Assembly: GCA_963725505.1 (NCBI GenBank)
Contig: CAVRYN010000012.1
Location: 18,164 to 82,163 of the forward strand
Length of the DNA stretch: 64,000 nt
Source of the DNA: an uncultured Verrucomicrobiae bacterium
Lineage (GTDB): Bacteria > Verrucomicrobiota > Verrucomicrobiia > Chthoniobacterales > UBA10450
Direction of reading: 5' to 3'
Every line of letters starts with the position of its first letter. The stretch's first letter is position 1. The translations under genes and the position numbers were made by a program. Positions 10,332 through 20,996 of the stretch are shown in pieces. The notes beneath the pieces were generated by a model that did not search any database, had not been told where the DNA came from, and saw only the letters and a list, made by a program, of their open reading frames with translations.

Positions 10332-11215
10332 CTCAGCCCGAGCGATTCCAATTGACAAGTACTGACGGCCTTTCGATTGCCTGCGTGAAGTGGGTCCGCC
10401 CGCAAAAGGTTCGTGGAATCATCCAGATCGCCCATGGTCTCGGCGAACACATGGGTCGTTATGCGGAGCTCGCCGAGATTTTGTTGGAGGATGAGTTTGC
10501 AGTCTACGGCAACGACCACCGCGGGCACGGCCTGACGGCAAAGCCTTCCGGAAGTTTTGGCGAATTCGGACCCGGTGGTTTCGACCAACTCGTCGAGGAC
10601 ATGGTTTCTCTTCGCGTCATCGCAAAGGATGAACATCCAGGCAAACCTTACATCCTCTTAGGTCACAGCCTCGGTTCGTTTGCGGCGCAGCAATTCGTAC
10701 TCGACCACGGTCACTCAATCGACGGCCTGGTGCTATCAGGTTCGGGCACACTCGACGGCCTGGCTCGCGCTGTGCAATCGGTCCCTCCAGGAGAAGACCC
10801 GATGAAATTGATGAACGCTCCTTTTGAGCCGGCGCGCACGCCCTTCGATTGGCTTAGTCGTGACAACGCCGAAGTAGATGCCTTCATCAACGACCCGCTC
10901 TGCTTTCCAAGCCTCAAGCCAGAATCGATGCAGTCGTTCCTCGACGCCTTCCCACGATTGGCTAATCCGCGCGAGATTCGCAAGGTGCCGGACGACCTTC
11001 CCACGTACATTTTCTCGGGCAGCGAAGATCCGGTCGGACTAAGACTGGAACGGGTGCGTGTGCTGATCGACCGCTATCGCAGCGCAGGTCTCACATCGAT
11101 TAGTCACGATTTCTATGCAGGCGGCCGGCACGAGATGCTACACGAAACAAATCGCCGCGATGTGTTCACGAACTTGCTCGTTTGGATTTCCGGAATCTTA
11201 GAAAAGAGATCGTGA
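10328..11215 (+). CDS. Alpha/beta hydrolase (lysophospholipase/monoacylglycerol-lipase-like)
   Basis: ATG 10328 overlaps the upstream stop (ATGA). HGLGEH, the GHSLGS nucleophile elbow and C-terminal GGRHEMLHE are present. Confidence 0.8.
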   Translation: MTQPERFQLTSTDGLSIACVKWVRPQKVRGIIQIAHGLGEHMGRYAELAEILLEDEFAVYGNDHRGHGLTAKPSGSFGEFGPGGFDQLVEDMVSLRVIAKDEHPGKPYILLGHSLGSFAAQQFVLDHGHSIDGLVLSGSGTLDGLARAVQSVPPGEDPMKLMNAPFEPARTPFDWLSRDNAEVDAFINDPLCFPSLKPESMQSFLDAFPRLANPREIRKVPDDLPTYIFSGSEDPVGLRLERVRVLIDRYRSAGLTSISHDFYAGGRHEMLHETNRRDVFTNLLVWISGILEKRS

Positions 11216-12147
11216 TGCAGACTTCAAATGCTCTAGATCCACAGTCGCCGCAGGCACGCGCGATTTACGATTTGGCGATCCCTTCGACGATTATCTTCGC
11301 TCTGATTTTCGTCATCGTAACCGGCGCGATCATCTATGCGATTCTTCGCTTTCGCGGGCGCGCGGGTGAGCCCGACCCGAGGCAGGTCCCGGGTAACAGG
11401 AAGGTGGAAATCGCGTGGACGATCATTCCGTTCCTGATCGTCATTCTTCTTTTAGCCATGACACTTAGCGCGATGAATCGCGCTGATCCGCTGTCGGCCC
11501 CTTCGCCTGATTTAGTAATAACCGGACATCAATTCTGGTGGCAGGTGGATTACCCGGGCTCCGGAGCAATTACAGCAAACGAAATCCATATTCCCACCGG
11601 CAAACCTTTGTCAGTGCGCCTGGAGTCAAAGGATGTCTTGCACGAATTCTGGGTACCGGAGTTGACCCGCAAAATGACCAATGTGCCGGGCCAACCTAAC
11701 CACATCTGGTTACAAGCCGACAAACCGGGCACTTACATCGGCCAGTGCTCGGAATTTTGCGGAACGCAACATGCTTGGATGCGCATCCTGGTTATTGCCG
11801 AGGAGCCTTCTAAGTTCGAAGAATGGCAACGTGCTCAGTTACAACGAGGTCAGGCGGCGACAAGTGACGTTACGGCAAAAGGACTGGCACTGTTTCAGAC
11901 GTCGACCTGCATCAACTGTCATGCTATTCGCGGAGTAGCTGGAGCAGATCTTCGTGTCGCGCCGGACCTGACGCACGTTGGCAGCCGCAGACAACTAGGC
12001 GCTGGCATTATTGAGAATACGCCAGCGAACATGCGGCTCTGGCTCAAGAGTCCGCAGCACATTAAGCCGGGCGCCCTCATGCCGGACTTTAACTTCACCG
12101 ACGAGCAGCTCGATCAACTCGCGGCATATCTGTCCACGCTACAATGA
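11215..12147 (+). CDS. coxB: Cytochrome c oxidase subunit II with C-terminal cytochrome c domain (caa3-type)
   Basis: Two N-terminal TM helices, CuA motif CSEFCGTQHAWM and heme-c site CINCH in the C-terminal extension. Confidence 0.9.
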   Translation: MQTSNALDPQSPQARAIYDLAIPSTIIFALIFVIVTGAIIYAILRFRGRAGEPDPRQVPGNRKVEIAWTIIPFLIVILLLAMTLSAMNRADPLSAPSPDLVITGHQFWWQVDYPGSGAITANEIHIPTGKPLSVRLESKDVLHEFWVPELTRKMTNVPGQPNHIWLQADKPGTYIGQCSEFCGTQHAWMRILVIAEEPSKFEEWQRAQLQRGQAATSDVTAKGLALFQTSTCINCHAIRGVAGADLRVAPDLTHVGSRRQLGAGIIENTPANMRLWLKSPQHIKPGALMPDFNFTDEQLDQLAAYLSTLQ

Positions 12148-14381
12148 ACGGCACCACGACCACCATTGCAGAATTCCGGGACGCCGTCCTCGATCCGGCC
12201 AAGCGCAGACACTATCAGCTCGCCTGGCTCTCCACGGTTGATCACAAGCGCATCGGCGTTCTCTACATGCTGACCGCACTGTTCTTCTTCGTGGTCGCAG
12301 GTATCGAAGCGCTTTTGATGCGCCTGCAGCTTGCCATACCTAACAACCACTTTCTCCAGCCCGACACGTTCAACCAACTCTTCACTATGCACGGGACGAC
12401 GATGATCTTTCTCGTCGTCATGCCGCTAATGTTCGGCTTCGTCAATTACGTCCTGCCATTGCAGATCGGCGCGCGCGACATGGCTTTCCCGCGTCTGAAC
12501 GCTTTTGGGTATTGGTGCCAGCCGTTTGGCGGAATTCTTTTGCACTTTAGCGTGCTTGCCGGCGGCGCTCCCGCCGTCGGCTGGTTCTCCTATGCGCCCT
12601 TGAGTGAGACGCCGTATTCTTCATCTCCCGGAGTCGATTACTGGGCGATAGCTATCTTCGTCCTGGGTCTCGGCACGATTAGTTTCGGGATCAACACCAT
12701 CGCAACCGTGATCTCCTGTCGGGGGCCAGGAATGACGATGCGTCGTCTTCCCCTCTTTACCTGGATCAACTTCGTTAACGCCTTCATCATTATTTTCGCT
12801 CTGCCAGTCTTAAATGCCGGCCTGGCGATGATCCTGATCGATCGCCAGCTGCACGGCCATTTCTTTCTACCCATTGGCGGTGGTTCGGCCGTTTTATGGC
12901 AACACATCTTCTGGGCCTTCGGCCATCCGGAAGTGTACATCATGGCCCTTCCCGCCTTCGCCATTGTCTCCGAAATCATCCCGGTTTTTTCGCGCAAACC
13001 GATCTTCGGTTACGAATTCGTAGCTGCTTCTAGTGTAGCTATCGCCGTCCTAAGCATGCTTGTGTGGGGACATCATATGTTCACTGTCGGAATGGGTCGT
13101 CCGCTTGATGTGTTTTTCGCCATTTCCTCCATGCTCATCGCAATTCCAACCGGCGTAAAAGTCCTCAACTGGACGGCAACGATGGTTGGCGGGCGAATCC
13201 GTTTTCAAGTGCCGATGTTGTTCTGCATCGCCTTTCTTATCCAATTCCTTGTCGCGGGCTTGACCGGAGTGAGTCATGCCAGCGTGGCGCTCGATTGGCA
13301 GACTAAGAACAGCTACTTCCTCGTTGCGCATTTCCACTTTGTCGCGGTAGGCGCGATCGTCTTCGCCGCTTTCGCCGGTATCCAATATTGGTTCCCAAAG
13401 ATGACCGGCCGAATGATGTCGGAGTCGTTAGGTAAGTGGAGCTTCTGGCTGATGGTCATCGGCTTTAATCTTACCTTCCTCATCCAGCATGTTCTTGGCT
13501 TGTTAGGTATGCCACGCCGCATCTATACCTATCCCGATCTTCCACATTGGGGTTGGATGAACTTCGTTTCGACCAGCGGAGTCTTCTTCATGAGCGCCGC
13601 CGCCCTTATCCTGGTTTGGAACCTGGCTACTTCATTTTTCCGAGGCAAAGTAGCGGGCAATAACCCCTGGGAGGCATGGACCCTCGAATGGGCGACAACG
13701 TCGCCGCCGCCGCATGAAAACTTTGTCGCGCTGCCCCCGATCCGCAGCCGGCGGCCGCTATGGGACCTGGCTAACCCCGACCGGCCTGACCCGATCGTAG
13801 GAAAGAATAGCGCCGCTGTAACCCTTCCCGATCACAACAAGGTTGGCATTCTGACTTTCATTCTTTCCGAAGCAGGATTCTTCGGGGCGCTTATCCTTGC
13901 TTATCTGTATTTCTACGCTCGGCCACAAGCAGGTCCCGGACCAAAGGAGTTGGATGTTCCGCGGACATTGGTGTTCAGCGTTTGCCTTTTCGCGAGCAGT
14001 TTCACTTTTTGGCGATCTGAGGTTGCCCTAACGAAACAGCGTCGCGCTTCCATGCTCGGCTGGCTCGCGCTGACGATCCTGCTCGGCGGTGTCTTCCTCG
14101 GTGGTCAGGCGAACGAGTATTGGAAACTGTTTCAGACCGGCGTCGATCTTAGCACCAATATGTTTTCGACCACATTCTTCACCCTGACCGGCTTCCACGG
14201 TTTGCACGTGCTCATTGGTCTAATCGCGCTACTGATCTTTCTGTGGCTCGCGTGGGAGGGCGATTTCGCTTCTTCTCGGCCCGGCTCCGCCTTTAAAGCT
14301 GCCGGTTACTACTGGCACTTTGTCGATGTCGTCTGGGTTTTTGTTCTACTCACTGTTTACATCCTTCCACTTATTCGATGA
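12144..14381 (+). CDS. ctaD: Cytochrome c oxidase subunit I fused to subunit III
   Basis: 745 aa. WAFGHPEVYI and GHHMFTVG are subunit I motifs. The C-terminal ~200 aa (FFTLTGFHGLHVLIGL, YWHFVDVVW) are subunit III-like. Start overlaps the coxB stop. Confidence 0.9.
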   Translation: MNGTTTTIAEFRDAVLDPAKRRHYQLAWLSTVDHKRIGVLYMLTALFFFVVAGIEALLMRLQLAIPNNHFLQPDTFNQLFTMHGTTMIFLVVMPLMFGFVNYVLPLQIGARDMAFPRLNAFGYWCQPFGGILLHFSVLAGGAPAVGWFSYAPLSETPYSSSPGVDYWAIAIFVLGLGTISFGINTIATVISCRGPGMTMRRLPLFTWINFVNAFIIIFALPVLNAGLAMILIDRQLHGHFFLPIGGGSAVLWQHIFWAFGHPEVYIMALPAFAIVSEIIPVFSRKPIFGYEFVAASSVAIAVLSMLVWGHHMFTVGMGRPLDVFFAISSMLIAIPTGVKVLNWTATMVGGRIRFQVPMLFCIAFLIQFLVAGLTGVSHASVALDWQTKNSYFLVAHFHFVAVGAIVFAAFAGIQYWFPKMTGRMMSESLGKWSFWLMVIGFNLTFLIQHVLGLLGMPRRIYTYPDLPHWGWMNFVSTSGVFFMSAAALILVWNLATSFFRGKVAGNNPWEAWTLEWATTSPPPHENFVALPPIRSRRPLWDLANPDRPDPIVGKNSAAVTLPDHNKVGILTFILSEAGFFGALILAYLYFYARPQAGPGPKELDVPRTLVFSVCLFASSFTFWRSEVALTKQRRASMLGWLALTILLGGVFLGGQANEYWKLFQTGVDLSTNMFSTTFFTLTGFHGLHVLIGLIALLIFLWLAWEGDFASSRPGSAFKAAGYYWHFVDVVWVFVLLTVYILPLIR

Positions 14382-15154
14382 CTACCTACCAATTCTTCAC
14401 TACCGTCTGGACGTGGAATTTTATTGTTCTCATTCTCAGCGCGCTTGCACTCGTGGGTTACTTTCTCGCCTTCGGACAACGAGGCAGGCCGCTCTATTTC
14501 GCGGCTGCGGTTGTTGTGTTTCTTTTGGCTTTCATCTCACCGTTTGGTGCACTGGCTAACGGTTACCTCTTCAGTGCGCACATGCTTCAGCACATTCTCC
14601 TCGTGCTCATCGTTCCCGCGCTCTTGTTGCTAAGTCTCCCCCGGTCATTCTCGCTTCGTCCTTCCCTAACTTATCTTACTCATCCACTCGTCGGATGGGT
14701 TGCAGGAGTTGGTGCGATGTGGCTGTGGCACGCGCCCACACTTTGTAACGCCGCGGCAACGTCGAGGAGTGTCTCGGCGATTCAGACAACTTCACTTCTA
14801 ATAATGGGAAGCGTTTTTTGGTGGCAGGTCCTCGCGCCGCGTGAAGAGCAACGGCTTTCACCGCTCGCCGGGATTGTTTACCTCTTTACCGCATGCACTG
14901 CCTGCAGTGTGCTCGGCATTATCCTGACCTTTGCCCCAGTTTCGATTTGTCCGGTTTACCAACATCCCGTCGATCGATTGGGAATGCTCAGCACGATTCG
15001 TGGCGACTGGGGCCTAACGAGTGATCGTGACCAACAGATCGGCGGACTACTGATGTGGGTTCCCATGTGTGCGATTTATGTAACGGCAATTCTCGCCCAG
15101 CTCTCTCGCTGGCATTCGTGCCCGGCGCCACAAACGGAGGAATCAAATGCCTGA
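14378..15154 (+). CDS. ctaG: Cytochrome c oxidase assembly factor CtaG (Bacillus/caa3 type)
   Basis: 258-aa polytopic protein with SAHMLQHILLVLIVPALL (HMxQH-type motif). Translationally coupled to the oxidase gene. Confidence 0.75.
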   Translation: MTTYQFFTTVWTWNFIVLILSALALVGYFLAFGQRGRPLYFAAAVVVFLLAFISPFGALANGYLFSAHMLQHILLVLIVPALLLLSLPRSFSLRPSLTYLTHPLVGWVAGVGAMWLWHAPTLCNAAATSRSVSAIQTTSLLIMGSVFWWQVLAPREEQRLSPLAGIVYLFTACTACSVLGIILTFAPVSICPVYQHPVDRLGMLSTIRGDWGLTSDRDQQIGGLLMWVPMCAIYVTAILAQLSRWHSCPAPQTEESNA

Positions 15155-15386
15155 CGAACAATCAACCACGCAACAATCGGACGTCGTACCACCCGGCTGG
15201 CAGGTGCTACCCGATACACCATTGCCGCACCCAACCTACTTCCCGGCCGGGCTAGCCATGGGAGCCGCCTTTCTCTTTTGGGGATTGATCACCACCTGGG
15301 TTGTTTGGCTGGTCGGTGTTGTCCTCTTCATCGCAGCGCTTGCCGGTTGGATCACGGATATCCGCCATGAATACAAATCTCACTGA
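15147..15386 (+). CDS. Small two-TM membrane protein of the respiratory cluster
   Basis: 79-aa ORF overlapping the ctaG stop and the Rieske start. Has hydrophobic helices. Family not recognised. Confidence 0.5.
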   Translation: MPDEQSTTQQSDVVPPGWQVLPDTPLPHPTYFPAGLAMGAAFLFWGLITTWVVWLVGVVLFIAALAGWITDIRHEYKSH

Positions 15387-15906
15387 GTCGTCGTCTGCGC
15401 CGCTAACTGAAACTCCGGAGGAGATCAGTCGGCGGCGATTTTTTGAAAAACTCTCAATCGGTCTGGTCGGACTCTGTAGCGCGATTGTTGGAGTACCGTT
15501 GATCGGATTTCTCGTCGCGCCGTTCTTTCGAAAGGTGCCCGAGAAATGGGTGACGCTGGGCAAGCCGGATGATTTTCAAATCGGCAAGACCGTGGCCGTG
15601 ACGGTGACCGATCCTTCATCGCTGCCGTGGGCTGGTGTGACTGCGAAGAGCGCTGTCTGGTTGCGTCGAGTTAGCCAGGATAGCTTCATTGCCTTCTCCG
15701 TTAATTGCACGCATCTCGGATGCCCGGTGCGCTGGCTCGAAGGCGCGGAATTGTTCATGTGCCCCTGCCATGGCGGCGTCTATTATAGTGACGGCGATGT
15801 CGCTGCCGGCCCGCCGCCGAAGCCTCTCTTTCGCTATGACGTGCGGGTAACAAATGGCGAAGTGCAAATGAGACAGGCGATCGTTCCGATTTCCACCGCG
15901 CTGTGA
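15367..15906 (+). CDS. Rieske 2Fe-2S subunit (QcrA/PetC-like) with Tat signal
   Basis: ATG 15367. Twin-arginine SRRRFFEKL, cluster ligands CTHLGCPV and CPCHGGVY. Confidence 0.85.
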   Translation: MNTNLTESSSAPLTETPEEISRRRFFEKLSIGLVGLCSAIVGVPLIGFLVAPFFRKVPEKWVTLGKPDDFQIGKTVAVTVTDPSSLPWAGVTAKSAVWLRRVSQDSFIAFSVNCTHLGCPVRWLEGAELFMCPCHGGVYYSDGDVAAGPPPKPLFRYDVRVTNGEVQMRQAIVPISTAL

Positions 15907-17357
15907 TCAAGCTATTCAAAACGATCTGGCAGTGGCTCGACGATCGGCTCGGGATCAGCGTCCTGCTCTCCCCGGCGCTGCATATCGCGCCACAGGACGC
16001 GAAGTGGTGGTACGTATTTGGCAGCGCAACACTGGTTGCCTTTATCGTGCAGGTAGCAACCGGCGTTGCGCTGGCGTTCTCATACATCTCTTCGTCGTCA
16101 CAAGCTTACGAGACTCTTCTATTCATAACTAACAACGCGCCATTTGGCCGCTTTCTGCGCGGACTTCATTACTTCGGCGCGTCCGCGATGGTGTTGATGA
16201 TCGGAGCGCATATGGCGCAGACCTTTTTGTTTGGCGCCTACAAGTTTCCGCGCGAGATGACATGGACCACCGGAATCCTGTTACTGACTTTTACTCTTGG
16301 AATGGGATTTACCGGCCAGCTACTGCGGTGGGATTCAACCGCGGCGTGGTCGGTCGTCGTCGCAGCAGAGCAGGCGGGGCGTATTCCAATTATTGGGGAC
16401 TGGGTGGCACGCTTTATCCTGGGTGGTAATAGTATCGGCGGCGCGACGCTCACTCGCTTCTTCGCCATCCATGTCTTCGTTCTGCCTGGAATCATGTTCG
16501 CCTTTATCGGTCTACATCTCTGGCTTGTCCTTCGTCATGGCATCTCCGAACCGCCTGTTGCCGGAAAACCGGTAGATCCGGCAACGTATCGCGCGGAATA
16601 CGAAGAGTTGCTCAAGAAGAGTGGCAAGCCATTTTGGCCGGACCTCGCCTGGCGCGATGTGATTGTCTCCACCCTTTTGATCATCGCGATCGCGCTCGCC
16701 GCATTCTTCGTCGGGCCTCCGGTGTTGGATAAACCGCCGGACCCGAGCATACTGGCGGCCAATCCGAGACCGGATTGGTATCTTCTTTGGTACTTCGGGC
16801 TGCTTTCGCTCATCCCGGACAGAATCGAAGGCTATGTCATGATCGGCTTTCCAATCCTGATCGGACTATTCTTGCTGTTTGTTCCTATTTGGAACCATAA
16901 AGGCGAGCGCGCTGCATCACGCCGCCCCTGGGCGATAGCAGCGGTGTTACTCTCCGTGATCATGATTGGCGCGCTTTGGTGGGAAGGCCAGCAGTCGCCC
17001 TGGTCGCCTAACTTCGAGGCTCAGCCGCTAAGCGAGAAAGTAGTGGGAGCAACAAGCGGCCCGGTCTTCACGGGTGCTCAATTGTTTCATGCCAAAGGAT
17101 GCCTCAACTGCCACCTCATTCAGGGCGACGGCGGTCGCCGCGGACCCGAACTGACCTACATTGCGGATAAGCTAACGCACGACAATCTTGTCATCCGCAT
17201 TGTCAATGGCGGCACGAATATGCCAGCTTTCGGTCCTTCGCTTAAGCCGGGCGAACTCGATGCGTTAGTTGCATTCTTGGAAACCCGCAAACGTCATCTG
17301 CGACCGCAAGATCGACCAACTGAGGCTCAAGCATCCGTAACTTCGACCATGAAATGA
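15903..17357 (+). CDS. Cytochrome b (b6 + subunit IV type) fused to a C-terminal mono-heme cytochrome c
   Basis: 484 aa. N-terminal b-type helices (GLHYFGASAMV, FFAIHVFVLPG), PDWYLLWYF, and C-terminal CLNCH heme-c site with GGTNMPAF. Confidence 0.85.
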   Translation: MIKLFKTIWQWLDDRLGISVLLSPALHIAPQDAKWWYVFGSATLVAFIVQVATGVALAFSYISSSSQAYETLLFITNNAPFGRFLRGLHYFGASAMVLMIGAHMAQTFLFGAYKFPREMTWTTGILLLTFTLGMGFTGQLLRWDSTAAWSVVVAAEQAGRIPIIGDWVARFILGGNSIGGATLTRFFAIHVFVLPGIMFAFIGLHLWLVLRHGISEPPVAGKPVDPATYRAEYEELLKKSGKPFWPDLAWRDVIVSTLLIIAIALAAFFVGPPVLDKPPDPSILAANPRPDWYLLWYFGLLSLIPDRIEGYVMIGFPILIGLFLLFVPIWNHKGERAASRRPWAIAAVLLSVIMIGALWWEGQQSPWSPNFEAQPLSEKVVGATSGPVFTGAQLFHAKGCLNCHLIQGDGGRRGPELTYIADKLTHDNLVIRIVNGGTNMPAFGPSLKPGELDALVAFLETRKRHLRPQDRPTEAQASVTSTMK

Positions 17358-17400
17358 GCCCGCCACTTAGTGATGGTCTCAACTAGGCAAACAAACCCGA

Positions 17401-17682
17401 ATGGCTTCCGGTCCAAAAATGAACATATATATGCATATGCTCGCACAGATTAATCCTACAGTTCTGCCGGCTCTTCGAATCGCCGCGACATTTTTTTTCA
17501 TCGTCAATTTGTTAGGCGGCGCGTATATTTTTCGCAACCGTCACCGATTCTTTGACCGCGATCCAAATGTCGAGGATGACATCCCAGCCGTTCGCAAGTT
17601 GAGAGTCGAGGTCGTCATGGTTCCGTGGCTCGTTTTGACTACGCTTATCCTGATTCTGCTGATCGGTTTCTGGCTCGCTTGA
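17401..17682 (+). CDS. Small two-TM membrane protein (hypothetical)
   Basis: 93-aa ORF between the cyt b-c gene and NDH-2 with two hydrophobic segments. No family recognised. Confidence 0.4.
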   Translation: MASGPKMNIYMHMLAQINPTVLPALRIAATFFFIVNLLGGAYIFRNRHRFFDRDPNVEDDIPAVRKLRVEVVMVPWLVLTTLILILLIGFWLA

Positions 17683-17706
17683 TAAAATCCCATTCGGAGC
17701 AATTGC

Positions 17707-19078
17707 ATGAAGACGACTAGAATAGTCATTGCCGGTGGCGGCTTCGCCGGGCTTTACGCGGCGATGCACTTCGACAAACGGCTCGCGCGTCGATCGGACG
17801 TAGAGGTGACGCTGATCAGTCGCGAGAATTTCATTCTCTTTACGCCGATGCTGCACGAGGTCGCAGCGGGCGATCTTTATCCGGGCGACATCGTTAATCC
17901 GCTCCGGCGAATTCTTCGTCACGTGAAGGTTGTCGAAGCCGATGTATGCACGGTGTGATCTGACCGGCCGAATAGTCGGCTGCAGAGGCGGCATAGCGGA
18001 GCGCGAGCTGAATTTCGAGTTTGATCATCTGCTTCTGACACTCGGGTCGGAAACAAACTTCTTCAACATGGACGGCGTCCGTGACTGGGCGGTGACCATG
18101 AAAAATCTGGCGGACGCGTCACTCTTGCGTAACCGCATGGTCGCGCTTTTTGAAGAGGCGGTGTTCCAGACCGATGACGAAGCGCGCCGGGAGTTACTCA
18201 CGTTTGTCACAGCCGGTGGCGGTTTTTCGGGCACCGAAACAACGGGCGCCGTTAACGACTTCGTGCGGGAAACCGTGCGCTATTACCCGCAGTTGAGCGA
18301 GCAATTGATTCGAGTTGTGGTCGTTCATCCGGGAAATTTCCTGTTGCCGGAGTTAGGCGAAGAACTCGGGCGTTACGCCGAACGCAAATTGCGCCAACGC
18401 AAGGTGGAAGTGATCAAGGGCGCACGCGTGGCAAACTACGATGGGCTGGTCGTCACGTTAAGCGATGGCACATCGATTCCTGCCAGGACTCTGATCTGGA
18501 CGGCGGGTGTGAAACCAAGTCCGGTCATTGCACCATTATCTTGCGAGAAGGAACGTGGTCGACTCCTGGTTAGTGAGTACTTGGCGGTGACGGGTGTTCC
18601 TGGCTTATGGGCGGCAGGCGATTGCGCAGCCGTGCCTATCCTAAACACCGAAAACTTTCATCCACCAACGGCGCAGCACGGCTTACGGGAAGGAGTGACG
18701 GTTGCGAAGAACATCGAAGCTACGATTCTCGATCGGCCGCTCAAGCCGTTCCGTTTTAAAATGTTGGGACAGTTGGCGAGCATTGGTCATCATACCGGTG
18801 TGGCGATGGTGTTTGGGATCAAGTTTTCCGGTTTTATCGCCTGGTGGTTCTGGCGATCAGTGTATCTAATGAAGCTTCCACGCCTGGCTAAGAAGTTGCG
18901 AGTCATGGTGAGTTGGACACTTGATCTTTTCTTCGGCCAGGAAATCGAGCAGATGATCACGCTGCGCGATGTCGAAGAGCTAAGCAGCCAGTGGGCTCGA
19001 ATCCGCGCGCGCGCAAAGCAATCAAAGGCCGTCCCTTCTTCTGTGCTCGCCAATTCAGGTCACGATCAGGCAAAATGA
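17707..19078 (+). pseudogene. ndh: Type II NADH:quinone oxidoreductase (NDH-2), copy 2, one frameshift near 17945
   Basis: MKTTRIVIAGGGFAGLYAA (GxGxxG) in ORF 17707-17958. The remainder (second fold GGGFSGTE, WAAGDCA) is in ORF 17930-19078 in another frame. Confidence 0.8.
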
Positions 19079-19084
19079 ACGTCG

Positions 19085-20651
19085 ATGAAACCGTGGTGGG
19101 GACTTCGACAGGCTGTGGTGCAAACCTCTTTCATTGTAGTCGCAGAATCATTGGTGATTGTCGGCATCGCCTATGCGCGCGATGAGCCGCCCCCCTCGCC
19201 TGTGCGACCGTGGGCACCGCCAGCGCTTCCGAGGTACGAAGGAGAACTTCGCCAGTACCAACCGACTGAAGCTGAACGCCGTTATTTGCCTGCGATCAAT
19301 CCGCGCAAGACTTACAACCTCGCGGAGCTGATTGACATCGCGCAGCGCAGTAACCCGGAAACACGTGTTGCCTGGGAGCGCGCCCGGATGGCAGCGGCTG
19401 CCGTCGGTCTCACAGAGAGCGCCTATTACCCCTATATCGTCGCGGCTGCAGTCGGAGGATACGACCGCGCCTTCATTCCGTTTCCGCAGTTACGGACGAA
19501 GCTTCAACCGCCGCCGACCAACGGTAACCTCCCCAACGTGGAGATTGTCGGCGGAGGTACGTTAGTCACTGAGTCGTTGTTGGCACGGGCCGAGCTGAAC
19601 GCAAAGTGGTTGCTGATCGACTTCGGCGAACGCAACGCGATCCGGGCAGCAGCGCGAGAGAAATTGATGATGGCGAATGTCGGCTTCAACGGAACGCACC
19701 AAAAAATCGTCTTTGATGTCACCGATCGCTTTTACCAACTCGGCACTACGCGACAAAAGGTGATGGTCACTCAGAGCGCGCTGGAAGCGGCGAAAACTGT
19801 GGAGCAGGCGGCGCAGGCGCGATTCGACACCGGGCTCGCCACGAAACCTGAATTGCTCCAGGCCCAACAGCAGAGTGCGCAATCCAATTTTGATCTTCAG
19901 GCCAGTCTTGGCGCGGAGAGCGACGCCAGGGTCGCTCTAATCGAGAGCATCGGCCTTCTGCCGACTGTGACGCTCAAGGTGGCGGACCTGCCAGCGAAAA
20001 GTCGTGCCGATGCTCAGACTGAAGATTCTGTTGGTGATTTGATCACGAAAGCTTTGGCGCAACGGCCGGATCTCGTTGCAAAACTAGCCAACGTTCGTTC
20101 AAAGGAATATGAGATTCGCAAGATCCGCGCCGAGTATTATCCAAAGGTCACTTTGGACACGCACTTTAGCGAAACGGACCTGCAGGTCAGCGTCGCCAAA
20201 TCGGACTACTTCGGTGGCACCCGGCCGACCTTTGGCGCGTTTCTCAACGCTGGACGTGCCGATCTTCGATGGGTTCGCTCGCGGGCACAAACTCGACATG
20301 GCCGAGGCCGACTTGCATCAAGCGGAGAATGAACTTGCTGGAGCGCGCGACTCGGCTGCGCGAGATGTGTGGAAGGCGTACACCGGTTATAGAACAGCGC
20401 TCAAAAAACAGGACGCGGCTGAAAAGTTAGTCACGGCATCGAAGAGCGCATTCGACGCGGTGCTCGAATCCTACAAGCAAGGGCTGAGCACGTACACCGA
20501 GGTTGTTACTGCGGAACGAAATCTAACCGCGGCGCTTGCGACCAGTCACGACACGCAGGCAGCAATTTACACCACTCAAGCGGCCCTCGCACTGAGCGTC
20601 GGAGATCTTGCCCGCCCGGCGCCACCACTCGTCAGGAAGCCACGAAGATGA
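19085..20651 (+). pseudogene. Outer-membrane efflux protein (TolC/OMF family), one frameshift near 20250
   Basis: Two OEP repeats (AQRSNPETRVAWERARMA.., ALAQRPDLVAKLANVRS..). The C-terminal part continues in ORF 20109-20651. Confidence 0.8.
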
Positions 20652-20995
20652 AAACGGAATTTGCGCCAGTCGCCCCGGGCAGCAGCAACAATCCTCCACG
20701 AGTCCGGCGCGATCGGTCTCGGCCGGTCGTGCTTGTTGGGTTGCTCCTGCTCATCGGGGCATTGGTGTTCGTGGTTCGACCGTTGAGTCACCGCTCACCT
20801 ACGATCGATATCCTCGGTTCCTATTTTCCGGCCTGGATGATCTGCATTGTAAGCGGGCTGACGCTGACGCTTGTCGCGCACTGGATTGTGCAAATATGCC
20901 ATCTGAAGCCATATCTCGGTCCGGCGCCGCTCGTTTATTCATGCCTGATGATCATCTTCACGTTTGCGACCTGGATTCTTTTTTATCAAAACTAA
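20648..20995 (+). CDS. DUF1656/AaeX-like small inner-membrane efflux accessory protein
   Basis: 115 aa. The C-terminal 70 aa (ILGSYFPAWMICIVSGL..LVYSCLMIIFTFATWILF) resemble AaeX. Coupled to the OMF and HlyD genes. Confidence 0.6.
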   Translation: MKTEFAPVAPGSSNNPPRVRRDRSRPVVLVGLLLLIGALVFVVRPLSHRSPTIDILGSYFPAWMICIVSGLTLTLVAHWIVQICHLKPYLGPAPLVYSCLMIIFTFATWILFYQN

Positions 20996-20996
20996 A

